A stretch of 64,000 nucleotides of DNA, from the NCBI GenBank assembly GCA_964019335.1, contig OZ025740.1, positions 124,001-188,000 on the forward strand, given 5' to 3'. The stretch comes from Diplonema japonicum. Lineage: Eukaryota > Protista > Euglenozoa: Diplonemea. Shown here piece by piece: positions 1-11,158 of the stretch. Made by a program: the position numbers and the translations under genes. Each line of letters begins with the position of its first letter. Position 1 is the first letter of the stretch. The notes beneath the pieces were generated by a model, which saw only the letters and a list, made by a program, of their open reading frames with translations, searched no databases and was not told where the DNA came from.

Positions 1-792
1 CTCCGCCACCCCCTCCACAGGCCCGTTGTACACCATCTGCCCGTAGCGCAGCAGCATCACACGGTGGAACAGGTCGAACACCTCACTGGAGGGCTGGTGG
101 ATCGTGCACACGATGGTGCACCCCGCCTCCGCCAACCCCCGGAGGATCTTCACGAGTTCAAACGCGTTGTGCGAGTCCAGCCCGCTCGTCGGCTCGTCCA
201 AGAAGATCAGTGACGGTGACGAGATGAGCTCCACAGCCACCGCCGTCCGCTTCATCTCACCACCAGACAGCCCAGGCGACAGGACGGACCCGATCAGCGT
301 GTCGGCACAGCGGTCCAGGTTCAGAGAGTTGATCGCCCTGTTCACCAACTCCTCCCTTTCCTCCTCACTCGAGTCGGGGAGCTTCAGGGCCGCCGTGAAG
401 TGCAGGCACTCTCGAGGGGTCTGCGTCGCGAACAGAGCATCCTTCTGCATCACGTAAGCAAGCTTCGTCTTGTACTGCTTCGGGTCCACAGCCTCCCCGT
501 TCATCGTGATGCTCCCAGAAGCCCTTCCGTAAGGAGCCCTCCCCGCCAGTACGTTCATGAGGGTGCTCTTCCCCGCCCCAGACGGGCCCATGATGGCGGT
601 CAGCTCCCCAGGACGCAGCGTCCCACCCAGGTCGCTCAGGATCTGCTTCGTCTCACCCTTGCTCAGGTCCACAACGAAGTCGAGGTTGCTCCACTTCAGG
701 GTGAGTGGCTCGATGAGAGACTTGTCATGGAAGCCGGTGCTGGTGGGGGCCTCCTCGTCGAAGGGGGCCGTCGTCGTTGGGGCGGTCGACAT
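1..792 (-). CDS. ABCG (White-type) half transporter, copy 1; 5' part only, runs off the window start
   Basis: ATG at 792. Matches 2375-3166 at offset 2374 (identical shadow-ORF translations in the track). Walker A GPSGAGKST, signature LSGGE, Walker B LIFLDEP. Confidence 0.9.
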   Translation of the reverse strand, partial: MSTAPTTTAPFDEEAPTSTGFHDKSLIEPLTLKWSNLDFVVDLSKGETKQILSDLGGTLRPGELTAIMGPSGAGKSTLMNVLAGRAPYGRASGSITMNGEAVDPKQYKTKLAYVMQKDALFATQTPRECLHFTAALKLPDSSEEEREELVNRAINSLNLDRCADTLIGSVLSPGLSGGEMKRTAVAVELISSPSLIFLDEPTSGLDSHNAFELVKILRGLAEAGCTIVCTIHQPSSEVFDLFHRVMLLRYGQMVYNGPVEGVAE

Positions 793-1336
793 AGTTTCGC
801 GGTAGTTTATTTCCTGGAAGGGTTTGGAGGGGGTAGCGATGGAAGATAACAATAGCGAGGGAAGATAACAATAAAAGAAAAGGTGCAGTAAACACAGAGA
901 AGAAAAGAAAATGAGCGCTAGCTTGACGATGCAGGTGCTAGAAAATTATTGCATGTACTTACTAATCAAAAGGAAGGAGGGAATAAAAAAGAAATTAAAA
1001 AGAAATGGGGCTTTGGTTGCAACAAATAAAAGAAGTAGTGAGGAAGTACTTTTTCTTTTCTCTTCTTTAAACCCGATGGGTTGTCGAAAACAAAGAAAAA
1101 TAAAGGAAAATAAAAACAGAATAAAAACAATAGTTAGGAAAATGGAAAAAAAACAAGGAAATATAAAAAGGTGAAAGAAAGATCTCAAAGAAAATAAGAA
1201 AGGGGGAGTGACCCTTTTCTTGGTTTCTTTGCTGGATTATTTCTTTTCTTTCACAATAGCAAAATATTTTACTTGTTGGAAAAGTTGTAAGGCTTGTGAA
1301 ATAATATCAACAAGAAAATTACAAGTCGTTTTTTTC

Positions 1337-3166
1337 TTAATGGAACTGCTGTGCCTTCCTCGCCAGCACAGTGGCGGCAACCACTCTGATGAAGACGAAG
1401 GCCCCCAGCATGATGAGGGTGTAGATCCACCAGTCGTCCCTGTTGATGTTGCTGTCCTCGATGGTGCGGGCGACCACCTCCAGTGCGAAGGTGTTGTTGT
1501 CGGGGAGGTTCTTGTCCGAGAACTCGACGATGGTGCTGAGGGCCACCCCGTACTTCAGGAAGCAGCCCCACTGAATCCAACGCATGAAGGCAGGGATCGC
1601 ATCGCTTGTGATGAAGAACCCCGCGAACAGGATCTGAGGGACGTAGATGGCCGGCACAAGGTTCACTGCCGTCTCCGCACTTGTTGTCGATGCACCAAGC
1701 AGCAGCGCCGTCGACCCAGACACAATAGCGAGGAGGGTCAGTGCAAGCACGTGAAGAAAGAAGTCCCCTTGGTAGTCGATGAGGAAGTACACCACAACAA
1801 GACCGAGCAGCTGCTGCAGGAAGGCTACCGGAACGTCGACCATCGTCTTCGCAAGGAAGTAAGCCGACGTCCCGTAGGTCCCTGTGATGTACTCTCTGAT
1901 GAAGACTGGCCGCTCTAAAGGGAACACCAGCAGCAACGGCTCCGCCGACAGGAACATCGCGTTGATGGTGAAGAATTGCAGCCCACCCCAGTGGTTCTTC
2001 ACCTTCTTCTCCACATCAGCCCCTGTATCTCCGTCCCCCCACTTGCCCCCTGACCCCATGAAGATCAACCCAATCAGAATCGCCAGCACGATCGCCATCC
2101 CGAACCTGCTCATCAGTGTCATCTCGTCACGCAGCACTTGGTAGAACTCCCGCTTCACCAGGTGTCGGAACTGCGTCACGAAGGGTGCAGGGTTCGAGTC
2201 CCACATCCCAGACGCAGCGGACACCCCTTCGATCTCACTCCCCTCCTTCACCACGCTCTGCACTGTCTGGATCAAGGGCTGCGCCTCCTCGTCTGTGATC
2301 CGCTGCACAGTCGTCATCGCGAAGTCGGCGGGGTTGTAGTTTGGTTTGCAGTGGTGGCCGTGTGCCGCGAAGTGCTCCGCCACCCCCTCCACAGGCCCGT
2401 TGTACACCATCTGCCCGTAGCGCAGCAGCATCACACGGTGGAACAGGTCGAACACCTCACTGGAGGGCTGGTGGATCGTGCACACGATGGTGCACCCCGC
2501 CTCCGCCAACCCCCGGAGGATCTTCACGAGTTCAAACGCGTTGTGCGAGTCCAGCCCGCTCGTCGGCTCGTCCAAGAAGATCAGTGACGGTGACGAGATG
2601 AGCTCCACAGCCACCGCCGTCCGCTTCATCTCACCACCAGACAGCCCAGGCGACAGGACGGACCCGATCAGCGTGTCGGCACAGCGGTCCAGGTTCAGAG
2701 AGTTGATCGCCCTGTTCACCAACTCCTCCCTTTCCTCCTCACTCGAGTCGGGGAGCTTCAGGGCCGCCGTGAAGTGCAGGCACTCTCGAGGGGTCTGCGT
2801 CGCGAACAGAGCATCCTTCTGCATCACGTAAGCAAGCTTCGTCTTGTACTGCTTCGGGTCCACAGCCTCCCCGTTCATCGTGATGCTCCCAGAAGCCCTT
2901 CCGTAAGGAGCCCTCCCCGCCAGTACGTTCATGAGGGTGCTCTTCCCCGCCCCAGACGGGCCCATGATGGCGGTCAGCTCCCCAGGACGCAGCGTCCCAC
3001 CCAGGTCGCTCAGGATCTGCTTCGTCTCACCCTTGCTCAGGTCCACAACGAAGTCGAGGTTGCTCCACTTCAGGGTGAGTGGCTCGATGAGAGACTTGTC
3101 ATGGAAGCCGGTGCTGGTGGGGGCCTCCTCGTCGAAGGGGGCCGTCGTCGTTGGGGCGGTCGACAT
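1337..3166 (-). CDS. ABCG half transporter (NBD-TMD), copy 2
   Basis: GPSGAGKST, LSGGEMKR, FLDEPTSGLD, TIHQP, NPADF and C-terminal TM helices. Start placed at ATG 3166 (MSTAPT), directly after an AG and where identity with copy 1 ends. Confidence 0.95.
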   Translation of the reverse strand: MSTAPTTTAPFDEEAPTSTGFHDKSLIEPLTLKWSNLDFVVDLSKGETKQILSDLGGTLRPGELTAIMGPSGAGKSTLMNVLAGRAPYGRASGSITMNGEAVDPKQYKTKLAYVMQKDALFATQTPRECLHFTAALKLPDSSEEEREELVNRAINSLNLDRCADTLIGSVLSPGLSGGEMKRTAVAVELISSPSLIFLDEPTSGLDSHNAFELVKILRGLAEAGCTIVCTIHQPSSEVFDLFHRVMLLRYGQMVYNGPVEGVAEHFAAHGHHCKPNYNPADFAMTTVQRITDEEAQPLIQTVQSVVKEGSEIEGVSAASGMWDSNPAPFVTQFRHLVKREFYQVLRDEMTLMSRFGMAIVLAILIGLIFMGSGGKWGDGDTGADVEKKVKNHWGGLQFFTINAMFLSAEPLLLVFPLERPVFIREYITGTYGTSAYFLAKTMVDVPVAFLQQLLGLVVVYFLIDYQGDFFLHVLALTLLAIVSGSTALLLGASTTSAETAVNLVPAIYVPQILFAGFFITSDAIPAFMRWIQWGCFLKYGVALSTIVEFSDKNLPDNNTFALEVVARTIEDSNINRDDWWIYTLIMLGAFVFIRVVAATVLARKAQQFH

Positions 3167-3327
3167 CTGTTTCTTAATTCTCTTTAGTTGTAAAAACCTG
3201 TACAATCTTTTTCTTTTTTTGCAAAAACAAAACCAAATTTGTATTTCTCAATAAAAAAAATAATAAGAAACTAGAAATCCAGGTTAGTAAAGGACAAACC
3301 CCCCCCCCCCCCCCCCCCAGGAGAGGC

Positions 3328-4245
3328 TTATTCCACAATCTTAATCGTAGGTACAACTAACAGCGAACTATTTTCAAACAAGCCCTCCCCAAGGAACTTT
3401 ACTGAGGTCAACGGTGAGACGTCAACATGACGTAGTCCGGACCCAGCCAGAAAGTACCAACCCACAGAAGTAACATGTGTAAAAGCCGAGAGGTCGACAG
3501 AGGATAGAGCCCGCGTCCCTCGCAGAAAGTTACGCCCGATACTGGCAACAGACTTCAACGGGGTTAGGTTGATGTGGTACAGGTTGCGGCAGTACGTGAA
3601 GAAACCGTCAGAGATGGTAACGAGCGCGGGCATAGAGGAAAGATCTATCGTAGTCAGCGATGTGCAGTTGGTGAAGAACCCAGTTGGAGTTTCTTTGACG
3701 AGGCAGAGCGGGGAAAGGTCGACACTCTGTAGTGACTCGCACCACACCATGAACCCCTGCTCGATGGTCTTCACTCCGTCCAGAATCGTGAAATCAACTT
3801 CGACAACATTCGGTAGAAATCGAAGGAAGTCCCTCGCGATACTTGAGATAAGCAACCCGCTTGAATTCACCAGAACGATTTTTCTCACACAGTCCGGGAC
3901 GTCATCGTAGATGTCGAGGGTTAGGGTTTGCTCGCAGATCTGCGATGCGACGTCCAAGACGAGGACTGCCTCGGGGATGCTTTCGATCTCCCCGCGTCTT
4001 TCTTTCAGGTCTTCGACAGCTACCTCTATTCTCCGCGTCCTGCCAACCTCCAGCTGATCCCCGTTTTGCATGACGCTCTCCTTCACACACTGGTCGGTCC
4101 TCCCCAGAATGTCTCCTTCATGCGAAAGCTCTATGCAGTTGGGGTCCAACCCGAGCTCCTTCGCCACAAGGTCGTACAAAGCGGAGTACGTCGTGTTGCC
4201 CGGCACTTCGAGCGATGCGCGGCCTGCGTACAGCGTGAGCGACAT
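3328..4245 (-). CDS. Ubiquitin-like domain + BspA-type leucine-rich repeat protein
   Basis: N-terminal ~70 aa Ub-like pattern (L...EG.IL....G D.L.V) followed by repeats of I...F...C..L..VDLS.L. Confidence 0.8.
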   Translation of the reverse strand: MSLTLYAGRASLEVPGNTTYSALYDLVAKELGLDPNCIELSHEGDILGRTDQCVKESVMQNGDQLEVGRTRRIEVAVEDLKERRGEIESIPEAVLVLDVASQICEQTLTLDIYDDVPDCVRKIVLVNSSGLLISSIARDFLRFLPNVVEVDFTILDGVKTIEQGFMVWCESLQSVDLSPLCLVKETPTGFFTNCTSLTTIDLSSMPALVTISDGFFTYCRNLYHINLTPLKSVASIGRNFLRGTRALSSVDLSAFTHVTSVGWYFLAGSGLRHVDVSPLTSVKFLGEGLFENSSLLVVPTIKIVE

Positions 4246-4312
4246 TTCTTTCTTTTTTTTCTTTTTTTGTTAACAAATATTTATCTTTTAAAAAAAGAAA
4301 ATGATTTTAATA

Positions 4313-4962
4313 CAGGGCCCCCCGGTAAGGTGGGGATAGACCGGCGATCGCCGGCAATTTTTGAATAAGTCGCCGGACTATGTAGACAGGCGAATTTCTT
4401 GTGCCTGCGGGGGGGCAGGGGTTGCCCCTTTTGTGAGGAATCGTTCAGCTAAGGAGTTGGTCGAGCCGTTGCTTCACCACTTAGGCAACCAAAGAGGCGA
4501 AGGATAAAGTGTGGAAGAGGGTGCACATCAGCTTGTCAAGCTCAAGACAAGTTCTTCTCCCATCAACCAAGACACCATCAGGGAGACTCTAGAGGGCTCT
4601 TTCCTAAGCCCTGCATCGATAGAGTTCTTCTTGCTGCTATCCGCAGGTCGAACGCAGTTTCAGCAAGCTGCGCCTCGTGTTCACAATGCCCAGGACATCA
4701 ATTAAACCTGAGAAACTGAACTGTCTATTGGTGATAAGCACGGAGGGGGCAGATGTTCCGAGTGAAGACTTCATCAGTTGCGTCATAAGACGGTTTCATG
4801 GAGACGTTCAGGGAAAAAAAAAGTGTTCACAGTGTGGCCGAGAGGCCCAATTAACGTTCACCCCTATTTTTTATTTTCTTTTTGAAAAAAAATCGGAGCC
4901 AAAAAGTATAGCAGGTCTATCGGAAAAAAAAAAAAAAACCCATTTTTGAACCGGGGGCCCTA
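4313..4962 (+). mobile_element. Internally deleted hAT transposon (650 bp)
   Basis: TIRs CAGGGCCCCCCGGT / ACCGGGGGCCCTA. Imperfect 8-bp TSD ttttaata (4305-4312) / ttttataa (4963-4970). hAT dimerisation-domain relic VERSFSKLRLVFTMPRTSIKPEKLNCLLVISTEG from 4647. Confidence 0.85.
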
Positions 4963-5235
4963 TTTTATAACTATATGCAAAAAGGCTTTCGCACATAAAA
5001 ACTTTTTTTTTTTTTTTTTTTTTTTTTTGCTCGTGCGAACAACATGTCCCCCTTTTTTTTTTTGCTTTTGTTTTTTTTATATAACTCCAGCCAGATTTTC
5101 AAGTGCTTCACTTTATTCTCACGGTGTGTTTCAAGCTTGTTTTATAAGAAAACGGGTGCAGCAATGAAAATTACTTTATGAGTGAATATTTAAAGTACTT
5201 TATATATTCACGCCAGCCCTATTTCCACTGCACAG

Positions 5236-5304
5236 CAAGATTCGGCGCTCATGCTCGTCGCCCTGAGCAGGTGCGTTACGTTCTTCCACTCGGGCGCTAC
5301 CGGT
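5236..5304 (-). repeat. Family A (ribozyme-headed SINE-like) fragment
   Basis: caagattcggcgctc...ccctgagc...tacgttcttccactcgggcgctaccggt matches 59020-59102. Confidence 0.75.
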
Positions 5305-5452
5305 ATAAGGGTTGCCAGTATTCCGCAAATAAGTAAGTCCTTACTTGAAATGAAAAAAAAAATACGAGAAAAAAAAAAAAAAAAAAAAGACCGAAAAAAA
5401 ATCCGTCACACTCGGAAGAGCGAACATCCTTCTTTTTTTTTTTTTTTTTTTT

Positions 5453-6454
5453 TCACCAAGCAGCACGCAGCAACGCCAGCTTGAAGTGATCAAGCATGAC
5501 CTGGCCCGACTGGGAGCCTATCCAGGACAGCGTTGACTTGAAGAGGGCCTTCGGGTCCCCGCCATCCCCCGAATCGTGCATGCCTCCGCATATTTCGAGA
5601 AACAGTTTTTCAGCCCGCTCGAAGGGGAGCGATTTCTTGCCCCCGGACGCTTTAAGAAAAAGCTCAACGTGTTCGGGGTCCGTGTGAGACGATGCCTTCG
5701 AGGAGTCGTTCGAGTGGGAAGGCGAAGGTTCCGGTGAGGTGGTGTCGTTGGTACAATTCTGTATGACAGCCTCGATGGCGACTGTAAGCTCATCCCTCCT
5801 CCTGTGCAAAACGAGAATCTTTTCCTTGATCGGGTGCGTGATTTCCATTTGCTCGTTTTCATAATCTTCAAGCTCCAGTTCCAGATCACCCTTCTTGTCA
5901 CCACTGTCGTGATCAGCTTGTATTTTACTAATGGACTCCTGGTAGGTTTCTTCAAGGTTGGTCAGTGCATCATTTAGGTCATCTAAAGTTGCAATGGCTG
6001 CAGATCGGCACGACTTAGCAGTTTCCAAGGCTGTTCTCCCGTTTATGTTTTTTATATCCGGGGAACACCCTAAAGATAGAAGGGTTGCAATGATTTCCGT
6101 GTTGCAGGTTTCGGAGGCTGCGATGTGCAGACAGCTTCTCCCGTAGCCGGTGAGGACGTCCATATCTGCTCCTTCATCAGCGAGAAGTTTTAGTATTTCT
6201 GTTCTGCTTTCCATGGTTGCAAAGTGGACGGCCCGCAAGCCATCTTCGTTTCGATAGTTGACCGCGGTGGACCTCCTTGCTCTGATTAGCCTGGAAGATT
6301 CTTCGTTGGTGAAATGTCTCTCCCCGGAGTGGGCCACCGTTTCATGGTTGCCTTTTTCGCATTTCTTCAGAATCTGTAGAAGTTCCTCTCGATCGCCGTC
6401 TCGGACTGCCCTGAGAAGCCCCCCGCCCCACCATGAGTTTCGGATGACGTCCAT
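5453..6454 (-). CDS. Ankyrin-repeat protein with coiled-coil/acidic C-terminus
   Basis: Ankyrin units DGLRAVHFA, YGRSCLHIAA, NGRTALETA. Confidence 0.88.
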   Translation of the reverse strand: MDVIRNSWWGGGLLRAVRDGDREELLQILKKCEKGNHETVAHSGERHFTNEESSRLIRARRSTAVNYRNEDGLRAVHFATMESRTEILKLLADEGADMDVLTGYGRSCLHIAASETCNTEIIATLLSLGCSPDIKNINGRTALETAKSCRSAAIATLDDLNDALTNLEETYQESISKIQADHDSGDKKGDLELELEDYENEQMEITHPIKEKILVLHRRRDELTVAIEAVIQNCTNDTTSPEPSPSHSNDSSKASSHTDPEHVELFLKASGGKKSLPFERAEKLFLEICGGMHDSGDGGDPKALFKSTLSWIGSQSGQVMLDHFKLALLRAAW

Positions 6455-6475
6455 GAAAATTGTTCTTGTGGAAAC

Positions 6476-6518
<43 letters not shown>

Positions 6519-6583
6519 CAAAAGAGAAATTTAAAAAAAAAAAAAAAAAAAGTTGTTTGGAATGTGCTGCTCCTGATGAAGGG

Positions 6584-6619
<36 letters not shown>

Positions 6620-6851
6620 AAAAAATGAAAAAATAAAAACGCCAGCCCAAAGTTACCCTTAAAAATCACTTCAAAAAAAAATGGTGTCTAAAGAGGCCGG
6701 AGTTTCTTTTTTTTTGAAAATTTACCCGGTGGTGTAAAAATGGTCTGTTGGTAGATGGTTAAAAAAAAAAAAACTTTTCTTTTTTTTTTGTTGTGTCTTT
6801 TTTTCCCGTTCATGATATATATATATGAACCGGGTTATTATTGGGTGTCAA

Positions 6852-6888
<37 letters not shown>

Positions 6889-6978
6889 AAATAGCTATTT
6901 ATTAAATGAAAATCAGATGGCCTGATTTCAAGCGGACCCCACAAGTGAAATCATGCTCTGATTTTATTCAATACTACA

Positions 6979-7420
6979 TTTTATTTAATGATGAGCTGCT
7001 CTCGCAAAGAATTTGGGTGCTGAGTGTGCTTCGCTGCTGCCTGCTTGTGGCGGCACAATGCGACCCCTTTACTACACGGTACTGGGTTTGGTATGATCAA
7101 TTCAGCGAATCGACGTTGACGTTTGAGTCAAACGTGATTCTGGGCACTGTTGAAGTAGTGGGCTGTGTCGAAGGGGCAGGGCTGAAGGGGGCGTTGCAGG
7201 GGCATTTTCTCGAGGCTGATGCCCTTGGCTCGCTTCCCGGTCGCCTTCGGTTTTCTTCCCTTTTTGCTAGAAAATGACTGTGAGCGTGAAATAAAGTACC
7301 TGATTTTCTTGGCTTAAAAACATGAGGAAAAAAATCGGATCTGGGCGTGAAATAAAGTGAAACCTGATTTATATCTTCTAGCCTAAATTCTTTAAGAGAG
7401 CTGCTCAGAATTAAATAAAA
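6979..7420. mobile_element. MITE-like element with ~40-bp imperfect TIRs
   Basis: ttttatttaatgatgagctgctctcgcaaagaatttgg (6979-7017) versus the reverse complement of 7382-7420, ttttatttaattctgagcagctctcttaaagaatttagg. Internal repeats gcgtgaaataaagt...cctgattt. Confidence 0.6.
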
Positions 7421-7504
7421 AAAAAAATAATTCTTTATGACTATATGTCTTTGTTGTGACTATGTAAAAAAAAAAAAAAAAAAAAAAAAATAATAATAAT
7501 TCTT

Positions 7505-7615
7505 TATGATCGCACGAGCAAAAAAGGTTTTTTTAAAAGCTGCGAAAGTTTTTTGCTCGGCACAAGTTGCATATAGTTATAAAATCATTTTTTGAAAGAT
7601 AAATATTTGTAACAA
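7505..7615 (+). repeat. Dispersed repeat family B (also 4265-4312+4963-5045 inverted, 25070-25130, 41770-41890)
   Basis: Shared cgcacgagc-A(n)-gctgcgaaagtt..gctcggcacaagtt(g/a)catatagttataaa..gaaagataaatattt. Confidence 0.8.
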
Positions 7616-7619
7616 AAAA

Positions 7620-7636
<17 letters not shown>

Positions 7637-7652
<16 letters not shown>

Positions 7653-10243
7653 GAGTGGAAGTCTTTGTGAGACGCCCCCTTGTTCTCATCTTCTACCTGC
7701 ACCTATCCCCTTTCAGCAGCGGTTTCTCCTCCTTTGGTGGTCTTGCCGGCCTTCTCCCCAGCCTGGCCGCTCTTTCTCTTCGTTCTCTCGCCCATTGTCC
7801 TTTCAACGCCTCTAGGTCATGCTTGGTCTTCGGTGATGCAAATATCGCCCTCCTGTTCCATCCGATCACCGCCTTTGTCCTCCCGATGGATCGTAGTGTG
7901 TGCACCCTTGTGCTCGGCTCAGCTGGGAAGGCCCTCCTTCCTTTCACCTTCTTCAGTACCCTCCCTAGCTCCCATGTGTGCCAGATCTTCTTCATCAGTC
8001 CATGCAATCTCCTCGCTTTCTGCTGTACTTCTGCGAGATCCCCCCAGCTTCCCTCCAAGGGTCTTCCCGGTCACGTTCTCGAAATCCAGTGCCAGCTCCA
8101 CCGTCGACACTGACGTGTTCCTGTTGCCTGCATACCAGCGCAGTTGCCGCATCCACCTCAGCACCTCCTTCGTGTACTCCCGTAGGACATCCCCTGCCGG
8201 TAGCTTGCCGAAGTCCTTGTCCGACGGTACTGGGTGTTCTTGACCTTGTGTGATCTCCAGCCACTGGTGTGTGTGGTACACCTCCTGCCTCTTCGCTTGT
8301 AGGGCTGCGTCCCGCTCCCCCACCACCGCCAGCAGGTACCTCTGCGTTCCTTCGAGCCTTTCCCTGACATCCTTCCCTGCTCCCCTTGCAGGATGCCATG
8401 CAGCTTCGTACACGGTTCCAGCCCCCTGCGCGTCATGCCTTCGTGTTCTTCCCGCTGTTGCACTTCCTTGGCCTTTTCGCACTCCCACAGTGCGTGCTCC
8501 AGCATGTTGGGCAGCTGTTGCTCCTGACCGCAGATGTCGCAGTGTGCCGTCGTGGGTTTGGCCTGCTTAGCTTCTTGCTTCCTCGCCTCCGCAATCAGCC
8601 ACTTTTCGGTGTCCTCTTCTTCTTCTTCTTGTTCATCTTCAGCCTCGTCTTCATCCTCGTCTTCTTCTCCTTCCGCCATCGGGATGTGCTCCACCGTGTC
8701 CGTGCGCCATCCCCGTGGGTTGATGTAGAACACTGCCCCCGAGATGATCCTTCGCACGTCCCTTGCTGCAATCGGGTCCGTCACCACCAGCTTCCTCCAC
8801 AGCGCGTTGGTCTCCGCTGCTGCCGCAGCTTCCATGCCCCCCATGGTGCTCCGTTTGCTCATGATTTCCTGTGCTTCCGCCCGCCTGAGTCGGTCCCTGA
8901 TGTAGTGCTTGTAGGGCTCCTTTTCCAGTGCGTGGGTGTCCTTCTGCTGTGCCCAGCTTAACTTGATCTGAGGCAGCCACCTTTCCATCATGTTGCCCAC
9001 CGGTCCCAGCGGTATCTTCTTCCCGCTGTACCGTTTGGCAATGGCGTCGCAGCGTGTCCACAGCTTGTCGTCCTTCTTGCAGGCTCTGTATAGGAGCATA
9101 AGTGCTCTGTATGCGGCTGTCATCTGTGGGTGGCTCGTGTGTCCCGGCAGTGTCACGGATAGTACTGTGCCTGGGTTCCTGGTGCAGTACTTCTGCCCCC
9201 AGAGCGCGTACGTGGTCTCCTTCACCAGCGTGGCCATTTGTCCCGTTTTCGGCGGTGAGAATGGGCAGTCGTAGAGGCAGCTCGGTAGGATCGTGCTGCT
9301 GATGATCTTCGCCTTCTGCTGAAAGGACAACGGCGTTGCTCCCAGCCTGCTCAGCGTCCCGAGTGCCTCCGCCGTCCTGTCGCCGTTGGTTTGCGGCCTG
9401 CCGTCTGTCCGCAGCTTGGCTCCCAGTACTCCTACAGTCCGTGTCGGCTGCAGTTCCTCGCCTTTCACCTTCACCTCCGGTGTCTTCCTGTTCACTGCAA
9501 AGGTCTTCGTCTTCCTGGTGTTGAGCTTCATCCCCACCTGTTTGCAGAAGGCTTCCACTGCGTCTACGCCTTCCTGCAACGCCGCACCGAGCCGTGCCAA
9601 GAGGTATGCATCGTCCGCGTAAGACAGCGAGCGGACCCCTGTGTCGTTCTCCACCTGCTTCATTAGTACCGCCAACAGCGCGTTGATGAGTACCACTGAA
9701 ATCGGGCATCCCTGAAGGATTCCATTGGTTGTGTGGAACTCCTCCCCCACGCCTGCTGCGTACCTGAACCGTCTTCGCATGCCTGCGTACATTCCTTTCA
9801 GTGCCCTGAGGATGCCTGTGTCCATGCCCATGTCCTCCACCAGCTCCAGAACCAGCTGTTGCGGTACACTGTCAAAGCATTTCGCAAAGTCGAGTGCCAC
9901 CCCGACTAGCGGTTTCCCCTCCAGAATGGATTCTTCGATGTCAAGGGCGAGGTCCAAAAGTGCGTCCTCTGTCCCGAAACCAGTGCGGAATCCGTATTGC
10001 TTGTCGTGTATCCATTTCTCCTGCCAGATGAGGATATCAGACAGTCGCGCGCATGCCCAGAGTCTGTACACCGCAGATGTGACTGTGATAGGCCTGTGCT
10101 CCAGTGGTCCCGCATCGTCGCACTTCGGTACGAGGGTAACCAGTGCCGTTTTCATGGCTTCCGGCCACCTCCCCGTTGCTTCGATCGCATGGAAGAGCAT
10201 CGCCCAGGCGTCTAGTACTGACTCGCTGCTGCAACCTCGCTGT
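7637..10243 (-). mobile_element. 5'-truncated non-LTR retrotransposon (RT + Zn knuckle + C-terminal domain), two frameshifts
   Basis: RT motifs RPITVTS, QYGF, LDFAKCFD, GILQGCPIS, YADD, then CDIC..HALWEC. The ORF continues across shifts near 8375 and 8040-8045 (6 C here versus 5 C in the 17461 copy). Ends in an (AT)n/T tail. Confidence 0.93.
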
Positions 10244-10318
10244 TGTCTCAAAAAAAAAAACACGCGCGACAAGAAAAAAAAGGAAAAAAAAAAAAGTAAG
10301 GATAAAAAAAAAAAAGAG

Positions 10319-10597
10319 ATATATATATGTGAGTTAAGGAAGTCTGAGATGCCCCCCTTTTTCTCATCCTCTACCTGCACCACACATAAAAAAAAAAAAA
10401 ATAAAATAAAAAAAGCTCGGTTGATTGTTTGTGCAAAGTACGTAAACTTGTTCCATCGAGAAAAAAAAAAGAGTCGGTTGATTGTTGTTTGTGCACAGCC
10501 GGGGTTAACCTGTAGAAGGAGAAGCCACTACTCTTTTTAGCACCAACAATTCATTATCAATAATATTATTATATTGTTTTTCTTGTTCATGCAAAAA
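10319..10597 (-). mobile_element. Miniature composite: YR-element 5' leader + YR internal piece + LINE 3' end
   Basis: 10486-10597 matches 19406-19513; 10471-10501 matches 17654-17683; 10319-10380 matches the LINE terminus 17059-17124. Confidence 0.7.
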
Positions 10598-10670
10598 GAA
10601 TTCACTATGATAGGAACGAAGTGGTTAGCAACGGCCCGCCAAAAAAAAAAAAAAAAGAACTCAAATTGGC

Positions 10671-10723
10671 ATGCAGTGAAGGGACATCTTTTTATGGCGA
10701 AGAGCTGCACAGGGAATGAGGCC
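10671..10723 (+). repeat. Short dispersed repeat family C (also 24438-24493, 30281-30296)
   Basis: atgcagtgaagg(g/a)acatc...gctgcacagggaat(g/a)aggcc. Confidence 0.6.
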
Positions 10724-11158
10724 TTCCCGAAAAAAAAGAAAAAAAAAACTTAACCGCCACGGTTTTATTCCCATCCCCCCCCCCCCCCCCCCCCCCATCA
10801 CGGCTATCTTATCGTAACACACACACTCTTTCTCTAGCAGAGCATACAGGCTACAAAAGAAAATCCCTGATAGCTTGGAGTACTCCTTTAATTCACATTG
10901 AACAAACAACAAAAATAAAAAAGAAAGAGAGAGGCATTTGAGAGTACCTGCTAAAAACATGGGAAGAAAGATCAACGTAACTGAATGGAGTTTTTTTTTT
11001 TTTTTCTCTGGAAAGGGGGGGGGAGGGGGAGGGGTTAAGTTTTTTTTTTTTTTTTCCTTGAAAAAAAAAAAGGGGGAGGGAGGTTTTAGAAAAATTATTT
11101 TCTTTGGAAAAAGAAAACAAAAACAAAAACAAAAAAAAAAAAGTTCACACCCCCCTAG

